Origin: Candidatus Eiseniibacteriota bacterium | Lineage (GTDB): Bacteria > Eisenbacteria > RBG-16-71-46 | Assembly: GCA_963776245.1 (NCBI GenBank) | Contig: CAVZLN010000005.1 | Span: 1 to 64,000, forward strand | Length of the DNA stretch: 64,000 nt | Direction: 5' to 3' | In this document: positions 10,228 through 21,096 of the stretch, piece after piece | Layout: each line of letters opens with the position of its first letter | Position numbering within the stretch: position 1 is the stretch's first letter | The notes under the pieces: model-generated | Databases searched by the model: none | What the model was told of the DNA's origin: nothing | The model's input: only the letters and a program-made list of their open reading frames with translations | Translations under genes and position numbers: made by a program

Positions 10228-12051
10228 ATGATTCCCCATTCCCGCTCATGGTTAGCCATAATGGTTATGTTTTTAGTAGCAGTGCTGCTTATCAGCCTGA
10301 TTTCCGTGCCTGCCCGGGCTTCCGGGTCATGGTTCATGGCTCCAGACGGCGATACGATCCTGATCCCAGCGCCGAATGCCGTTGCCCTTCAGAAAGCGGC
10401 TTCTGCAGCGATGCTTAAAGGGGATGGCTCAGTCAAGTCATTGACTGCGAATTGTTACACTAACCCCTGGCAGTTCACCTCTTCACTCAATCAAGGTAGA
10501 GCTATGCATGCTGTCGTTGCAGTTGGAAATCATATTTACGCCATGGGTGGAGCAGATTATGCAGGTGGGAACTTAGACTTAACTAGCGTAGAGTACGCAG
10601 CTATACATTCCGACGGAACGTTAGGACCATGGCAAATTATCAGCCACATGACTGCTGCGCGCTATCTGTTCGCTGCAGTTGCAGCAAATGGCCATATATA
10701 TGCAATTAGCGGTCTTAGCCAGAACGGGACTGCTGGTAGCGAACAAACAGTAGTTAATTCTGATGGTACGTTAGGACCTTGGCAGCCTGTAAATTCACCT
10801 ACTACATTGCAATTCAATTCTGCAGCAGTAGCCGTTGGGAACTTCCTATATGTGTTGGGAGGAGACGGTCCTAGTGGTATACAAAAGAGCGTCGAGCGGG
10901 CGATGATCAACCCTGATGGCACTTTGGGAGCATGGCAGTTCATGAGCTCGATGATATGTAGCGCGCAGACCCCTGCAGCGGTCTTGGAGGGCAACTACAT
11001 CTACGTGGTTGGAGGTAGTAATGGTGCTGTATCCTTCAACAGTGTTGAACGAGCGGCCGTCCATGCAGACGGCACTTTGGGTCCCTGGCAAATGCAGACC
11101 CCAATGCTCACGGGCCGTGCCGCGCTGACCGCCTTTAGCGCCCAGGGTTATATTTATGCGGTGGGCGGAATGGGACAATCCGGTGTGGAACATTATGATA
11201 GCGTAGAACGAGCCGCGATTTTACCGGATGGAACTTTAGCAGACTGGCAATTGGTTAACTCGCTGAATACTGAGCGCGCATGGGCAGGAGCGGCGCTGGT
11301 AAACAATCGCATCTACGAGGTCGGTGGATTGAACACAACGGATGCAGCAGTCGGGTCAACCGTTGAATACGTAGATATCGCCAGGCTGGGGGTTCCCCCA
11401 GATTTTGGCGTTTCCATCAATAATGGCAGCCTCTTTACCAACCAGACCGCAGTGACCCTGGCGATCAGCGCACGACCGAAGACGTATATGATCCAGGTCA
11501 GCAACGATGGGGGCTTCTCCGGCGCGCAATGGGAGCCCTGTGTATTGAGCAAGCCGTGGACCATCGTCCAATACGGGAATTTCATAATCCCGCGCGTGGT
11601 GTACATCCGCTTTAAAGACACGAGTGGCATTGTCTCGGGAACCTACCAGGACGATATTATCCTGGATATGGCCCCACCCACCGGCTCGATCAGCATTATA
11701 CCCAGCCTGGCTAACAGTCAGCTGGAGCAAAATCTTCGGGAAAATACCACCTCCCATCCCGGCCGGGAGATTAGAAGCAGCCAGGTGTACTCTTACACCC
11801 AATATTTACCCCTCATTTATGCGCCGCCGCTCAGGGTTACTTTACACCTGACCGCCCAGGATGACGTTAGCGGCGTGGCAGCCATGATGATCAGTGATCA
11901 CGCGAGCTTCACAGGGGCCAGCTGGGAGCCGTTCGTCCCACAGAAAATCTGGTATGGGAGCTCAATATATCAAGCCATCACGGTCTACGCCAGATTCCAG
12001 GATTATGCTGGAAACGTATCCGAGACGTATACGGCTTCCTATATACCTTGA
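10228..12051 (+). CDS. Secreted Kelch-repeat (six-bladed beta-propeller) protein with Ig-like C-terminal modules
   Basis: Signal peptide; six 'IYxxGG...SVE.A....DGTLG.WQ' units; 'YLPLI' motif. Confidence 0.85.
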   Translation: MIPHSRSWLAIMVMFLVAVLLISLISVPARASGSWFMAPDGDTILIPAPNAVALQKAASAAMLKGDGSVKSLTANCYTNPWQFTSSLNQGRAMHAVVAVGNHIYAMGGADYAGGNLDLTSVEYAAIHSDGTLGPWQIISHMTAARYLFAAVAANGHIYAISGLSQNGTAGSEQTVVNSDGTLGPWQPVNSPTTLQFNSAAVAVGNFLYVLGGDGPSGIQKSVERAMINPDGTLGAWQFMSSMICSAQTPAAVLEGNYIYVVGGSNGAVSFNSVERAAVHADGTLGPWQMQTPMLTGRAALTAFSAQGYIYAVGGMGQSGVEHYDSVERAAILPDGTLADWQLVNSLNTERAWAGAALVNNRIYEVGGLNTTDAAVGSTVEYVDIARLGVPPDFGVSINNGSLFTNQTAVTLAISARPKTYMIQVSNDGGFSGAQWEPCVLSKPWTIVQYGNFIIPRVVYIRFKDTSGIVSGTYQDDIILDMAPPTGSISIIPSLANSQLEQNLRENTTSHPGREIRSSQVYSYTQYLPLIYAPPLRVTLHLTAQDDVSGVAAMMISDHASFTGASWEPFVPQKIWYGSSIYQAITVYARFQDYAGNVSETYTASYIP

Positions 12052-12120
12052 GAATCGAATATCGCCTGTACCTGCCCGGTGCCTATTGCCTCTTTAGCAG
12101 ACCCAATATTTAATTATACA

Positions 12121-12148
12121 AGGGTGCGGTCAAAGGAGACTGCACCCT
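12121..12148. terminator. Hairpin between convergent genes
   Basis: agggtgcggtc-aaagga-gactgcaccct, 11-bp stem with one G-U pair. Confidence 0.55.
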
Positions 12149-12188
12149 ACCACTGGCAGTGGCTATAACAGGCGTTTTTTGCTGACGT

Positions 12189-14972
12189 CTAACTCTCCAG
12201 CGCGTAAGCGACCGCGTCCTCCAGCGTCAGCGCGCCTCCTTCCTCCCATACTGCCGTAAATCGCTCTTTGCCCAATCCTCTGCGCAAAGACGAAATCTTG
12301 CTATCATAGGCAGGCTGGTCGGCGGGATCAATGACGGACCGGATGGATGCGCGCAGCGCTGCCCCGGCGCCGAACAAGCGCGCGGCTTTCTCAGTCTGTC
12401 CCTGCGCCATAGCGACGGCTGCCAATCGCTCCAGGCACCAGGCGCAGCCGCTCTGGTCGCCAATCTCCCGGCGGACTTCCAGGCTCTCGCCCAACCGTGC
12501 AGTGGCGCGATCCCATTTTTCCTCACGCATTGCGACCCAGCCCAAGATACCGAGTGAAACGCCAATTCCCCATTTATTGCCAAGCTGTCTTCTCAGCTCC
12601 AGGCTTTCCTCCACGAGCTGGGTCGCGCGCACGTAATCCTCTTGGCGGAGAGCCACTTCGCCCAGGCCAGAAAGCTCAAAAGCGATATTCCTTGTATCTC
12701 CTAAATCACGGGATAAAGCCAAAGCTTCTTTCAGCCGCGTCTTTGCCAGACTATAATTTCCAGACCGCAAGGCAACCCACCCTGAACTGATGAGCGCACG
12801 TGCGGTACCGTGTTTGTCGTCCAGCTCGCGCCAGGTCTTCAATGCTTCTTCTAAAAATCCTGACGCAGCTGCATAATCACCCATCTCTGTCGCGGCATTT
12901 CCAAGCTTGATGAGCGCTGAGGCAATCCCTTGCCTGTCCCCAACCTCGCGGTAAATTGCCAGACTTCTCTCGCGAATGCCATAGTCGCAGGAAAATCGCT
13001 CTGCCGGTAAGCAAGCTCTGACGCCCTGGTCAGTATCCTGGCGCGTGCAGCTGTTCGTCCCTGGGCAATATCCGTCAAAAGTAGGGAAGCCAGCCGCTCA
13101 CGCCCCTCGCTATAATAACCGCGTGCTTCCCAAAATAAACCGAGCGCGCCGGCCAATCGCAGACAAGTTTCGGCGGCGCCATGTGCTGTCTTGCTCCACT
13201 CAAGCGCTGCACGCAGGTTGTCGTGCTCTTGCTCCATCCGGTTGATCCACTCTACCTGCCCTTCACTCTCTAATCTTGCTTCGGTTTGCTCGGCGAGCGA
13301 GAGGAAAAATTTAGCATGACGATGCTGGATCGCGGCTTGCTCACCACACGCTTCCAGCTGCTCCAAGCCAAACTCGCGCAGTGTCGCTAGCATCACAAAA
13401 CGCAACTCGCTGCTCGCGCCTTCTCTCTCCTGAAGTAAACTCTTATCCAAAAGCGACTCCAATCGATCCAAAACAGAGCCACGGGATGGATTATCTTCAG
13501 CTACCGCCTCGACCGCATCAACAGTACAACCGCCGACAAAAATGGACAATCTCCGAAACAATTTTTGTTCGTTTTCATCCAGCAGATCATAACTCCAGGC
13601 AATAGCACTGCGCAGCGTCTGCTGGCGCGCCGGCAAATCGCGCGCGCCGCCCGTCAAAAATTCCAGACGGTGCTCTAAGCGGGTGAGCATAGCGTCCGGC
13701 GGCAATAGCCTGATGCGCGCCGCCGCTAACTCGATTGCCAGCGGCAAACCGTCCAACCGGTAACAAATTTCGGCAATTGCCGGAGCCGTATCTTTCGTGA
13801 GCGTAAAGTCCGGCTTAACCACCTTAGCTCGCTGGATAAACAAATCAACCGCGGCATATTGAGATAGGGATTCCAATGACGGCAGCTGGGTGAGATTGGG
13901 CAGCTCCAGCGGTGGTACGGCATACTCACGCTCGCCGCTGATGTGCAGTCCTTCGCGGCTGGTGACCAAAACCTTTAATTCACCGCATGTGACTAACAAA
14001 TCGGCGACGAGCGGCGCTGCCGGAATTACCTGCTCAAAGTTGTCAAGCAGCAGCAGCGGCGATTTAATCTTCAAATATTCCTTTAGACTATCGACAATGG
14101 ATCGCCCTGAGGTCTCAGGGATGCCTAAAGTATTCGCGATCGTTGAAGCGACGAGACCTGGATCGGTGATCGGCGCTAAAGCGACGAAAAACACCCCATC
14201 CCGAAAATGCTCGATCATCTCAGCGGCAGCTTGCAGCGCCAGGCGAGTCTCTGCCGCTGCCGCCCGGGCCAGTCAATGTCAAGAGGCGCTCCTTGGAAAG
14301 CAATTGCTTAACCTCGCCAATCTCTTTTGAGCGCCCGATGAAACTGGTCAGTTGAACCGGCAGGTTATTTGGGGATATTTCCAGCGATTTTAGCGGAGGA
14401 AATTCAACAGGCAAATCCTGTGCAACCACCTGAAAAATATGCTCGCTGTGCTCAAAATCCTTCAGGCGATGCTCTCCCAGATCACGCAAGGTTATAGCTT
14501 GCGGCAAGGGATCGCGCAGCAGGGCCTCCGTCGCTTCTGAGAGCAGAACCTGGCCACCGTAAGCAGCCGACATCAAGCGTTTCGTATGACTGAGGGTCAG
14601 GTAACCCTCGTATCCGGTATCGTCGGCGCGCGGCGTGGCTGGTCCTGTATGCAGACCCATACGTACCTGGATCGATCCAATCTCCCCCCAGTCTTCTGAA
14701 TGCAAGGCGCTCTGTGCCGCGACGGCAGCTTCCAGGGCATCGAAAGCCGTCTCGAAAGCTGCATCAATCTCATCCCCAATCGTGCGGAAGACATATCCTT
14801 TATGGGTGGTAAACGCAGTTTGCAAGAGGGCGTGGTGGCGCGCTTGGATCCTGGGCCAGGCATCCGGAAATTTTCGAGCCAGCTTCGTGCTGCCTTCGAT
14901 GTCGGTGAATAGGAAAATGACGGTACCCGTCGGAAGCAGGGTAGGTTTGGCGACCATCTTATCGAGATGCAT
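12189..14972 (-). CDS. Class III adenylate/guanylate cyclase - STAND ATPase - TPR protein, frameshifts near 14250 and 12965
   Basis: 'FLFTDIEGST...RMGLHTG'; 'NNLPVQLTSFIGR', Walker A 'GPGGSG(K)' broken by a 1-nt insertion; 'LLLDNFEQ', 'LDGLPLAIELAA'; C-terminal TPRs. Confidence 0.9.
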
Positions 14973-15004
14973 CTTCCAGTGACATAGGCTGGCAGCAACG
15001 AACT

Positions 15005-15044
15005 CGCCGGCGGGTCAGGAGGTTTACCTCCTGACCCGCCGGCG
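15005..15044 (-). terminator. Perfect inverted repeat (19-bp arms) downstream of the GH55-like fragment
   Basis: cgccggcgggtcaggaggt-tt-acctcctgacccgccggcg. Confidence 0.75.
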
Positions 15045-15080
15045 CTCACCTTCGGTTGATCAGCCGGGCTACGTCTCAGC

Positions 15081-15284
15081 TCACGGGTAGCTGACCACGT
15101 TCGTTACCTGGTTCGTCGCATTCACTGCGGCGCCGGTGTCATTGACCACGTGGTCGATGCCGCCATTACCGTTGAGAAAGACAGTCAGGATATCGTGCAG
15201 CGTTACCCCAGGTGTGACTGGGACTTCGAAGGCACGTGAGGCGGTGATCGCCGGGCCGACGTTGAAGAAGCTATAGCTGCCCAT
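15081..15284 (-). pseudogene. 3' end of a GH55 (exo-beta-1,3-glucanase)-like gene, truncated at the junction
   Basis: MGSYSFFNVGPAI..SRAFEVPVTPGV.LHDILTVFL.GNGGI.HVVNDTG...VVSYP resembles the C-terminus of actinobacterial GH55 enzymes (from recall, not from a search). Confidence 0.6.
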
Positions 15285-15295
15285 ATCCTCGCGCA

Positions 15296-16760
15296 AGCGC
15301 AGCACGCCGCCCTCCACCGCGAAGAAGTCCAGCGGGGCCACCCGGCCGAACCAGTGCCGCGCGATCTTGTCGCGCCGCACGATGAGGTTGCGCACCAGGT
15401 AGTCGCGGGCCCGCGGGTCCTCGTAGTGCGCCGCCTCCACCGCCGCCGCGATCTGCGCGTCCGAGAACGACGCCACGATCTTGGCGCCCCAGTAGCCGTC
15501 GCGGTCGGTCATCTCGCGGAACGCCGGCTGCGGCACCATCTGCCGGAAGTCCTCGGGTCGGTAGACCTCCGACTCGAAGTTCCCGACCGACGGGATGCCC
15601 GTCGCCTGGCGCGCCCGCCGCCAGGGCTCCTCGACGAAGCCCAGCGTCACGAACCGCCGCGCGATCCAGGCGAAGTCGAGCATGTTCTCGTAGCCCTCCC
15701 ACGCGTCGCTTCGGTCCGATGGCGGCCGCGCCGAACGACGAGCCCACGTCGAGGATGTAGTGCTCGACGTGTCCCAGGCTGTCGCGAGTCTCGATGAACG
15801 TGTCGAGGAACTGGTGGTCCTTGGTGTCCCAGTCGTTGACCCAGGAGCACAGGGCGAACAGGCCGCGCAGCTCGCGACGGTTGGTGTGCGCGTACCAGTC
15901 GTTCGAGTCGCCGGGCCGCCGCCGGTTCATGCTGGGCGATCCCAGCACGTGACCCGGGATGAACAGGCTGGCGTACGCCGAGTAGCTGCCGTCGGGGAAC
16001 ACCGCGCCCTGCGCGAGCATGGAATCCAGGTCGGCGTCGGTGAATCGCTCGCCCTTCGCGCCGCTCAGCAGGTCCGCGTCGATCGTGAGGTCGCCGCGCC
16101 GGAACCGGACCGGCTCGTTGTGCGGCACGTTGTAGCCCGCGGCGTGGAGCAGCGTGCGCGCGACCATGTCGGCGCCCGAGCTGAGCTGCGGGTAGCCGCG
16201 CGAGTCCAGCTTCACGAGCCATTTCTTCCCGTCGGCGTCCTTGATCTGGAACCCCGCGCTCCACCCGCCCATGCTTCGCGTGCTTGATGATCCATGGCTT
16301 CGCGGGCAGGAAGACCGGAGTCGGGTCCCCGCCGCAGCTCGGCCACCGGCACGGCGCGCAGGTGGTTGCGGTTGGTGAACCACGCCGAGTTCGGCGCCTC
16401 GTCGAACGCGTTCACGTTCACCGCTTCGCGCCGCGGGCGGGCGCCCATGGCGCGGGCCACCCACAGCAGCTTGTCGGGGATGTCGAACATCGTGGGTCAG
16501 CGGATCGACGAGGCCCTGGTGGAACTGCTGCCCCCAGAAGCTGGGCTGCCAGTCCGGCGGCCGCCGGATCGGCCGCCGATCGTGATCCACCCAGGTGCTG
16601 TCGGCGATCGCCGCGCGTGTAGCCGGCGCCGCCCGCGGGCGAGCTGGCCCGCCCGCGGCCGTCCTCGGGCGCGCCGCGAGCGAGCGCGGGTGCGAGGAGC
16701 AGCAGCGCGCAGGACGGCCCGAGCATGCGCGCGCAGGCGACGACCGAGTCCGCGGCGCAT
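15296..16760 (-). CDS. Exported protein with atypical kinase-like motifs; several frameshifts; 3' end cut by the junction
   Basis: 'NVNAFDEAPNSAWFTNRN', 'KWLVKLD', 'AAGYNVP', 'RRELRGL...WVNDWDTKDHQ', 'YILDVGSSFG', 'MTDRDGYWGAKI'; ATG overlaps the upstream stop (TGATG). Confidence 0.7.
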
Positions 16761-18115
16761 CAGAAGTCACTCCCGAGGGCGAGGATCGCGTGGAGCCCTT
16801 CGACGCTCTTCGCGAGCTCGAATCGCAGGGTGGATGCGTCGCTGATCCCGAGTCGCAGGCCGCCGCCGTAGGACCGGTGAGCGCCGTCGAGGCGGAACGC
16901 CCCCAGCGCGCGGCGCGACCTCGCCCAGTTCGTACAGCCCGATCGCGCTCAGCGCGATAGAGGATCGCCCAGCGGTATTCGATCCGGGCGAGCATGAGCT
17001 GCCGATCGCGGAAGCGCTCGGAGGAATAGCCGGCGAAGCGGGCGCCGCCGTCGCTCTGCGCGAGGCGGTAGAACGGCAGCGGCGCCGTGGTGCCGCCGCG
17101 GGGATCGACGCCGGCGTACACGGCACGCAGGCGATCACCCGGCGCTTCGCGAACACCGGGAGGTACGCGCGACCCTCCGACCCGCCACTGGTCGTAGTCG
17201 GGATCGCCGGATCGCAGCCCCGTCGCGCGCCGCAGGTCGAGGCGACCGTGCACGCCGAGCGAGGGATCGCGTCCCGTCGTCGAGCGCGGCGAGATCCGCG
17301 GCCACGCCGTACCAGAGCTCCTGCGTCGTCCGGTGCTCGAAGGGCACGCTGGCCGGCGCGAACACGTCCTCGAGCAGGGGGGTCCCATGGGAGCCGCGAC
17401 GCGGGCCCATGCTCGAGTAGCCGCCGCCGATGCGCAGCTGTCGCAGCGGCGAGCCGCCGAGGAGCAACGCGGCCTCGGCGCTGGTGCTCTCGAGCAGGAA
17501 GTAGGAGAGATCGGCCTTCGGCGTCTCGTTGCCGATGCCGTAGTAGCGCCGATTCGGCTTGCGGTCGTAGTCGGCGCGCAGCCGGAAGCCCACCGGCCGC
17601 CGGTCGCCGATCGTCTCGCTGAGGTGCACGCGGCGGTGGTCGATGGCGGACCACGAGCCGGCCAGCTTGAAGCGGGCATCGGCGGTCGGGAAGCCGACCC
17701 AGGTGAAGGCGGGCCCCACGCCGATGTCGTTCAAGGCGCCGAGGGTGATGTAAGGCGCCAGCGCGGGGCCGGGCGTCGGCGGGCGGTTCGGTTTCGGATC
17801 GAAGTAGCGTGGACCGAGAACGCCGACGCCGGCCTCGAGGCCGTTGGCCACCAGCCGCAGCGGAAAGAAGACCACCCGGAACGGCGCGCGCAGCGCGGAT
17901 TCCCACCGGCGCTCGCGGTCGGGCGGCGCGACCCGCGGCCCATCGCTGGCGGAGTCACCGACGCCGGGCGCGACGGGCGCCACCCAGGTCGAGTCGCCGA
18001 AGCGGGCGTCCGCGCGCGCGACGCTCGTCACGCCGACACCGGTGCCCGCGCATGCGAGAAGCGCCAGCACGGCCAGCCGCGCGGCCGGCACTCCCCGGCA
18101 CGCGCCCTCCATCAC
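16760..18115 (-). CDS. BamA/TamA (Omp85)-family outer membrane protein, frameshifted
   Basis: Signal peptide; 'YYGIGN', 'LPFYRL...RFAGY...RFRD...EYRW'; ends 'SYGGGLRLG...LGSDF*' with a terminal Phe. Confidence 0.8.
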
Positions 18116-18357
18116 GCAGCGGCGCGTGATTCCGATGGGATCACCTCACGATGGGTCGGACGACTTCGGGCATGACCCCGGGTCGCACGAATGGTGCCAT
18201 CGGCGGTGATGAGCCAGGGGCGGGAGTAAGTCGTTAGGGAGCCGCGCGGTGCGCACCGCTCCGGGCGCACCCGGGCGAGCCCGGTCGCGCCCGGCCCGGC
18301 AGCAGGAACTTCAATGGGCGCGGACGGAAATTCAATCGCGGGGGCGCGTGGCCCGCC

Positions 18358-18732
18358 CTAGCGGAGCGCGTTGCGCGCCCGTTCGATCCCCTTCTCGAGG
18401 TCGCCGAGGGCGTCCGCCAGCGTCGCCTTGGCCTTCTCCCACCCATCCGCGCCCGCCGACTTCAACTCGTCCAGCTTGAGCCGTGCCCGATCGCGCGCCG
18501 TGTTCAGTGAATCGAGGTTGGCCTCGGCCTTGACCTTGACGCTGGCGCTCGCGGTCGATAGACGGGCCTTCACGCTGTCCATCTCGGCGTCGATGCTGAC
18601 GAGCTTCTGCTCGACCTCCCGCATGAATCGCGCGCGCTCCGCCGCACCGTCCGCGAGGTGGTCGGCCTGCTTCCCGCACCCCGGGAGCAGCATCAGAACG
18701 AGCAACATCATCGAGAGAGGCTTGCCTGACAT
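18358..18732 (-). CDS. Small coiled-coil lipoprotein
   Basis: MSGKPLSMMLLVLMLLPGC lipobox; helical 'KLDELKSAGADGWEKAK'. Confidence 0.75.
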   Translation of the reverse strand: MSGKPLSMMLLVLMLLPGCGKQADHLADGAAERARFMREVEQKLVSIDAEMDSVKARLSTASASVKVKAEANLDSLNTARDRARLKLDELKSAGADGWEKAKATLADALGDLEKGIERARNALR

Positions 18733-18947
18733 GACGGTGACCTCCAAGCGGGTGGTGTTCGGCTTCCGTGCCGGGATCCGCGCGTGCCGCGCGATCTCGC
18801 CGAGGCTGACGCGGCGGCGATCCCATCGAGTCGTGCAAGGACAGGGCCAGCCCGGGACGGGCCGGCCGGTTCGCCACGGCCGGATCCTCAGCGCGGGGCC
18901 GGCCGGCTTCGTGGGCACGGGCCCGCGGTGCGGAACCGTGGCGTGCC

Positions 18948-21071
18948 CTACCTCGACACGACGCGCAGCGGGCCCAGGTCGATCCCGCGCTCGGCGGTGT
19001 AGCGCGACGAGTCGGCCGGCACCGAGGAGCCCGCGCCGTTGTTGTAGCGCCAGAGCACGCGCATGACGACGCGGTAGTCCCCGGGGCGCAGGTCGTCGGT
19101 CAGCACCAGGCGGTAGTTCTCGCGCATCGGCTCGTCGAGGGCCCACAGGTGCGGCGGCCACAGCACGTAGCCCAGGTCGCGGCGGTGCTCGAGCACCGAG
19201 CGTCCGGCGCCATCCACGACGTCGAGCCGGGTCTGGAAGAACCGGTCGATCGGGCCGGTCCGCCGCCAGCACGTGGCCAGCGCCACGGTCCCGCCGGGTC
19301 GGCCGACCGAGTCCACGAGCGCCCCGTCGAGGAACGCGAGCTGGCCGTCGAACACGACCGGCGCGGCGCCCGTCGTGGCGCAGCCGCCGCGCGTCACCAG
19401 CTGAAGCGTGTCGCGGGCGTCCCGCAGGAAGAGCACCAGGTCGCCGGCCTCGGCCACCGGAGCGAGCCGATTGCGCCGCACCAGCTCCTGCAGCCGCTCC
19501 GCGGTCTCGGGCACCACGGCGCCGGTAACGTGGATCGCCGTCAGGTCGGCGATCAGCGCCGCCACTCCCGTGGGCGATGGATACGGCCGCGCCGAGAACG
19601 TGTACGTGCCGGCCATCACGTGATGCAGCGAGTGCACGCTGTCGCGTGACGCGAAGCGGCTCAGGAACTCGAAGCTGGCCACCACTCCGCCGCGTCGCGG
19701 CACCCGCGCCACCAGTTGGTCGCGGTAGGGCGTCAGGGTGCGCTCCTCGGGCGTCGGCGTGTGCCGCCCGCGCGTGCCGGTGATGAAGAACTTGCCCGAA
19801 CTGAGCAGCGGCCCGAACCACAGCTGACAGCCCAGGCTGGCCGCGAGCGCCCAGGCCATCGCGAGGGTCGCGGCCCGGGCGCTCACCGCGAGGCCGCGGG
19901 GCGCGTGCTCCGCCGCGGCCGGGCGGCCCGCGCGTCGAGGGGTCCCGCGCGGCCCGAAGAAGGCCAGCAGGTTGCGCAGTCCGAGCACCGCGGCGGCGGA
20001 CACGAACGGGATCTGGAGCGCGGTGTACTGGCACAGGATGGTGTGCTGCGATGGCCGCCACGAGAGCAGGTGCTCCATGAACACCGGCAGGGCGACGGCC
20101 AGCGTCAGCGGACTGAGGAACGGCAGCAGACCGAGCGGCAGGAACAGCGTGAGATGGAACTGCTGCTTGACGCGCGTGTCGTACGGCACCCCCGGCGTCG
20201 AGAACAGGTTGACCACCACCCCCACCGGGTCGCGCAGCATGTGCTGGGCGGCGGCCCCGAGGGTGTCGCCCCACTGCCGGTACACCTTCCCGTACTCGGC
20301 CTCGCCCTGGAAGAACGCGGGGCGCAGCACGCCCCAGGTCACGAACGCCGAGACCGCCGCGGCCGCCGCGAGCGCCACCGCCAGCCGGAGGCTCCCGGGC
20401 TGGCGCCGCGTGAGCGCGTAGAGCGCCATCATGAAGACGGGGAGCATCACGTCCTCGCGGCACAGCAGCGCCACCCCGGCCCACAGCAACGTCGGCCGCG
20501 CCCGCCCGCAGCGCAGGTAGTAGAACGACGCCAGCAGCGGAGCGGTGGCGAGCAGTTCGGGATGGAACTCGAACAGGTTCGAGTATCCGAGCGCCGGCTG
20601 GAGCAGGTAGATCCCCGCGCACGTGAGCGCGATGCCCGCGTGTCCGGTCTCGCGACGGGCGAGGGCGTACATCGGCAGCGCGCCCAGCGCCTGGGCCGCG
20701 GACTGCACGACGAGCAGTGTGAGCGGGCTCTGGAACAGCGCGTAGAGCGGGGCGATCAGGAACAGGATGAGCGACGAGTGATCGCCGGGCCACGCCATGC
20801 CGCGGATCGAGCTGAAGAGCCGGCCGTGCAGGATCCCATCCACCGCCTGGGTGAAGATCGCGAGGTCGAAGTCGGTGTACAGGTAGTGGCGCAAGAGGAT
20901 GGCGTCGAACGTGGAGTAGATGACGGTGTAGGCGAGCACCATCGCCGCGAGGACGAGCGCGGCGCGCTCCGGCGGCCACAGGCGGACGGCGGCCAGCGGC
21001 GGTGCGACGGGCGGCGGCGACGGCGCCTTCACGGTCCGCTTCGGCTTCACCGCGGGACGCTGCCGGCTCAT
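18948..21071 (-). CDS. DUF2079 family membrane protein (GT-C-like)
   Basis: 'FDLAIFTQ', 'GDHSSLI', 'FEFHPE', 'REDV', 'QYTA'; many TM segments. Confidence 0.85.
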   Translation of the reverse strand: MSRQRPAVKPKRTVKAPSPPPVAPPLAAVRLWPPERAALVLAAMVLAYTVIYSTFDAILLRHYLYTDFDLAIFTQAVDGILHGRLFSSIRGMAWPGDHSSLILFLIAPLYALFQSPLTLLVVQSAAQALGALPMYALARRETGHAGIALTCAGIYLLQPALGYSNLFEFHPELLATAPLLASFYYLRCGRARPTLLWAGVALLCREDVMLPVFMMALYALTRRQPGSLRLAVALAAAAAVSAFVTWGVLRPAFFQGEAEYGKVYRQWGDTLGAAAQHMLRDPVGVVVNLFSTPGVPYDTRVKQQFHLTLFLPLGLLPFLSPLTLAVALPVFMEHLLSWRPSQHTILCQYTALQIPFVSAAAVLGLRNLLAFFGPRGTPRRAGRPAAAEHAPRGLAVSARAATLAMAWALAASLGCQLWFGPLLSSGKFFITGTRGRHTPTPEERTLTPYRDQLVARVPRRGGVVASFEFLSRFASRDSVHSLHHVMAGTYTFSARPYPSPTGVAALIADLTAIHVTGAVVPETAERLQELVRRNRLAPVAEAGDLVLFLRDARDTLQLVTRGGCATTGAAPVVFDGQLAFLDGALVDSVGRPGGTVALATCWRRTGPIDRFFQTRLDVVDGAGRSVLEHRRDLGYVLWPPHLWALDEPMRENYRLVLTDDLRPGDYRVVMRVLWRYNNGAGSSVPADSSRYTAERGIDLGPLRVVSR

Positions 21072-21096
21072 GCCCTGGATCCCCCGGAGGCGCCGG

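Noticed and set aside
14220..14260. Programmed frameshift in the STAND Walker A
   Set aside because: No slippery sequence; a single inserted base (aag to agag) matches the error pattern seen elsewhere.
15081..15683. Novel kinase/glucanase fusion protein
   Set aside because: The ORF spans the compositional junction and is best explained as a chimera.
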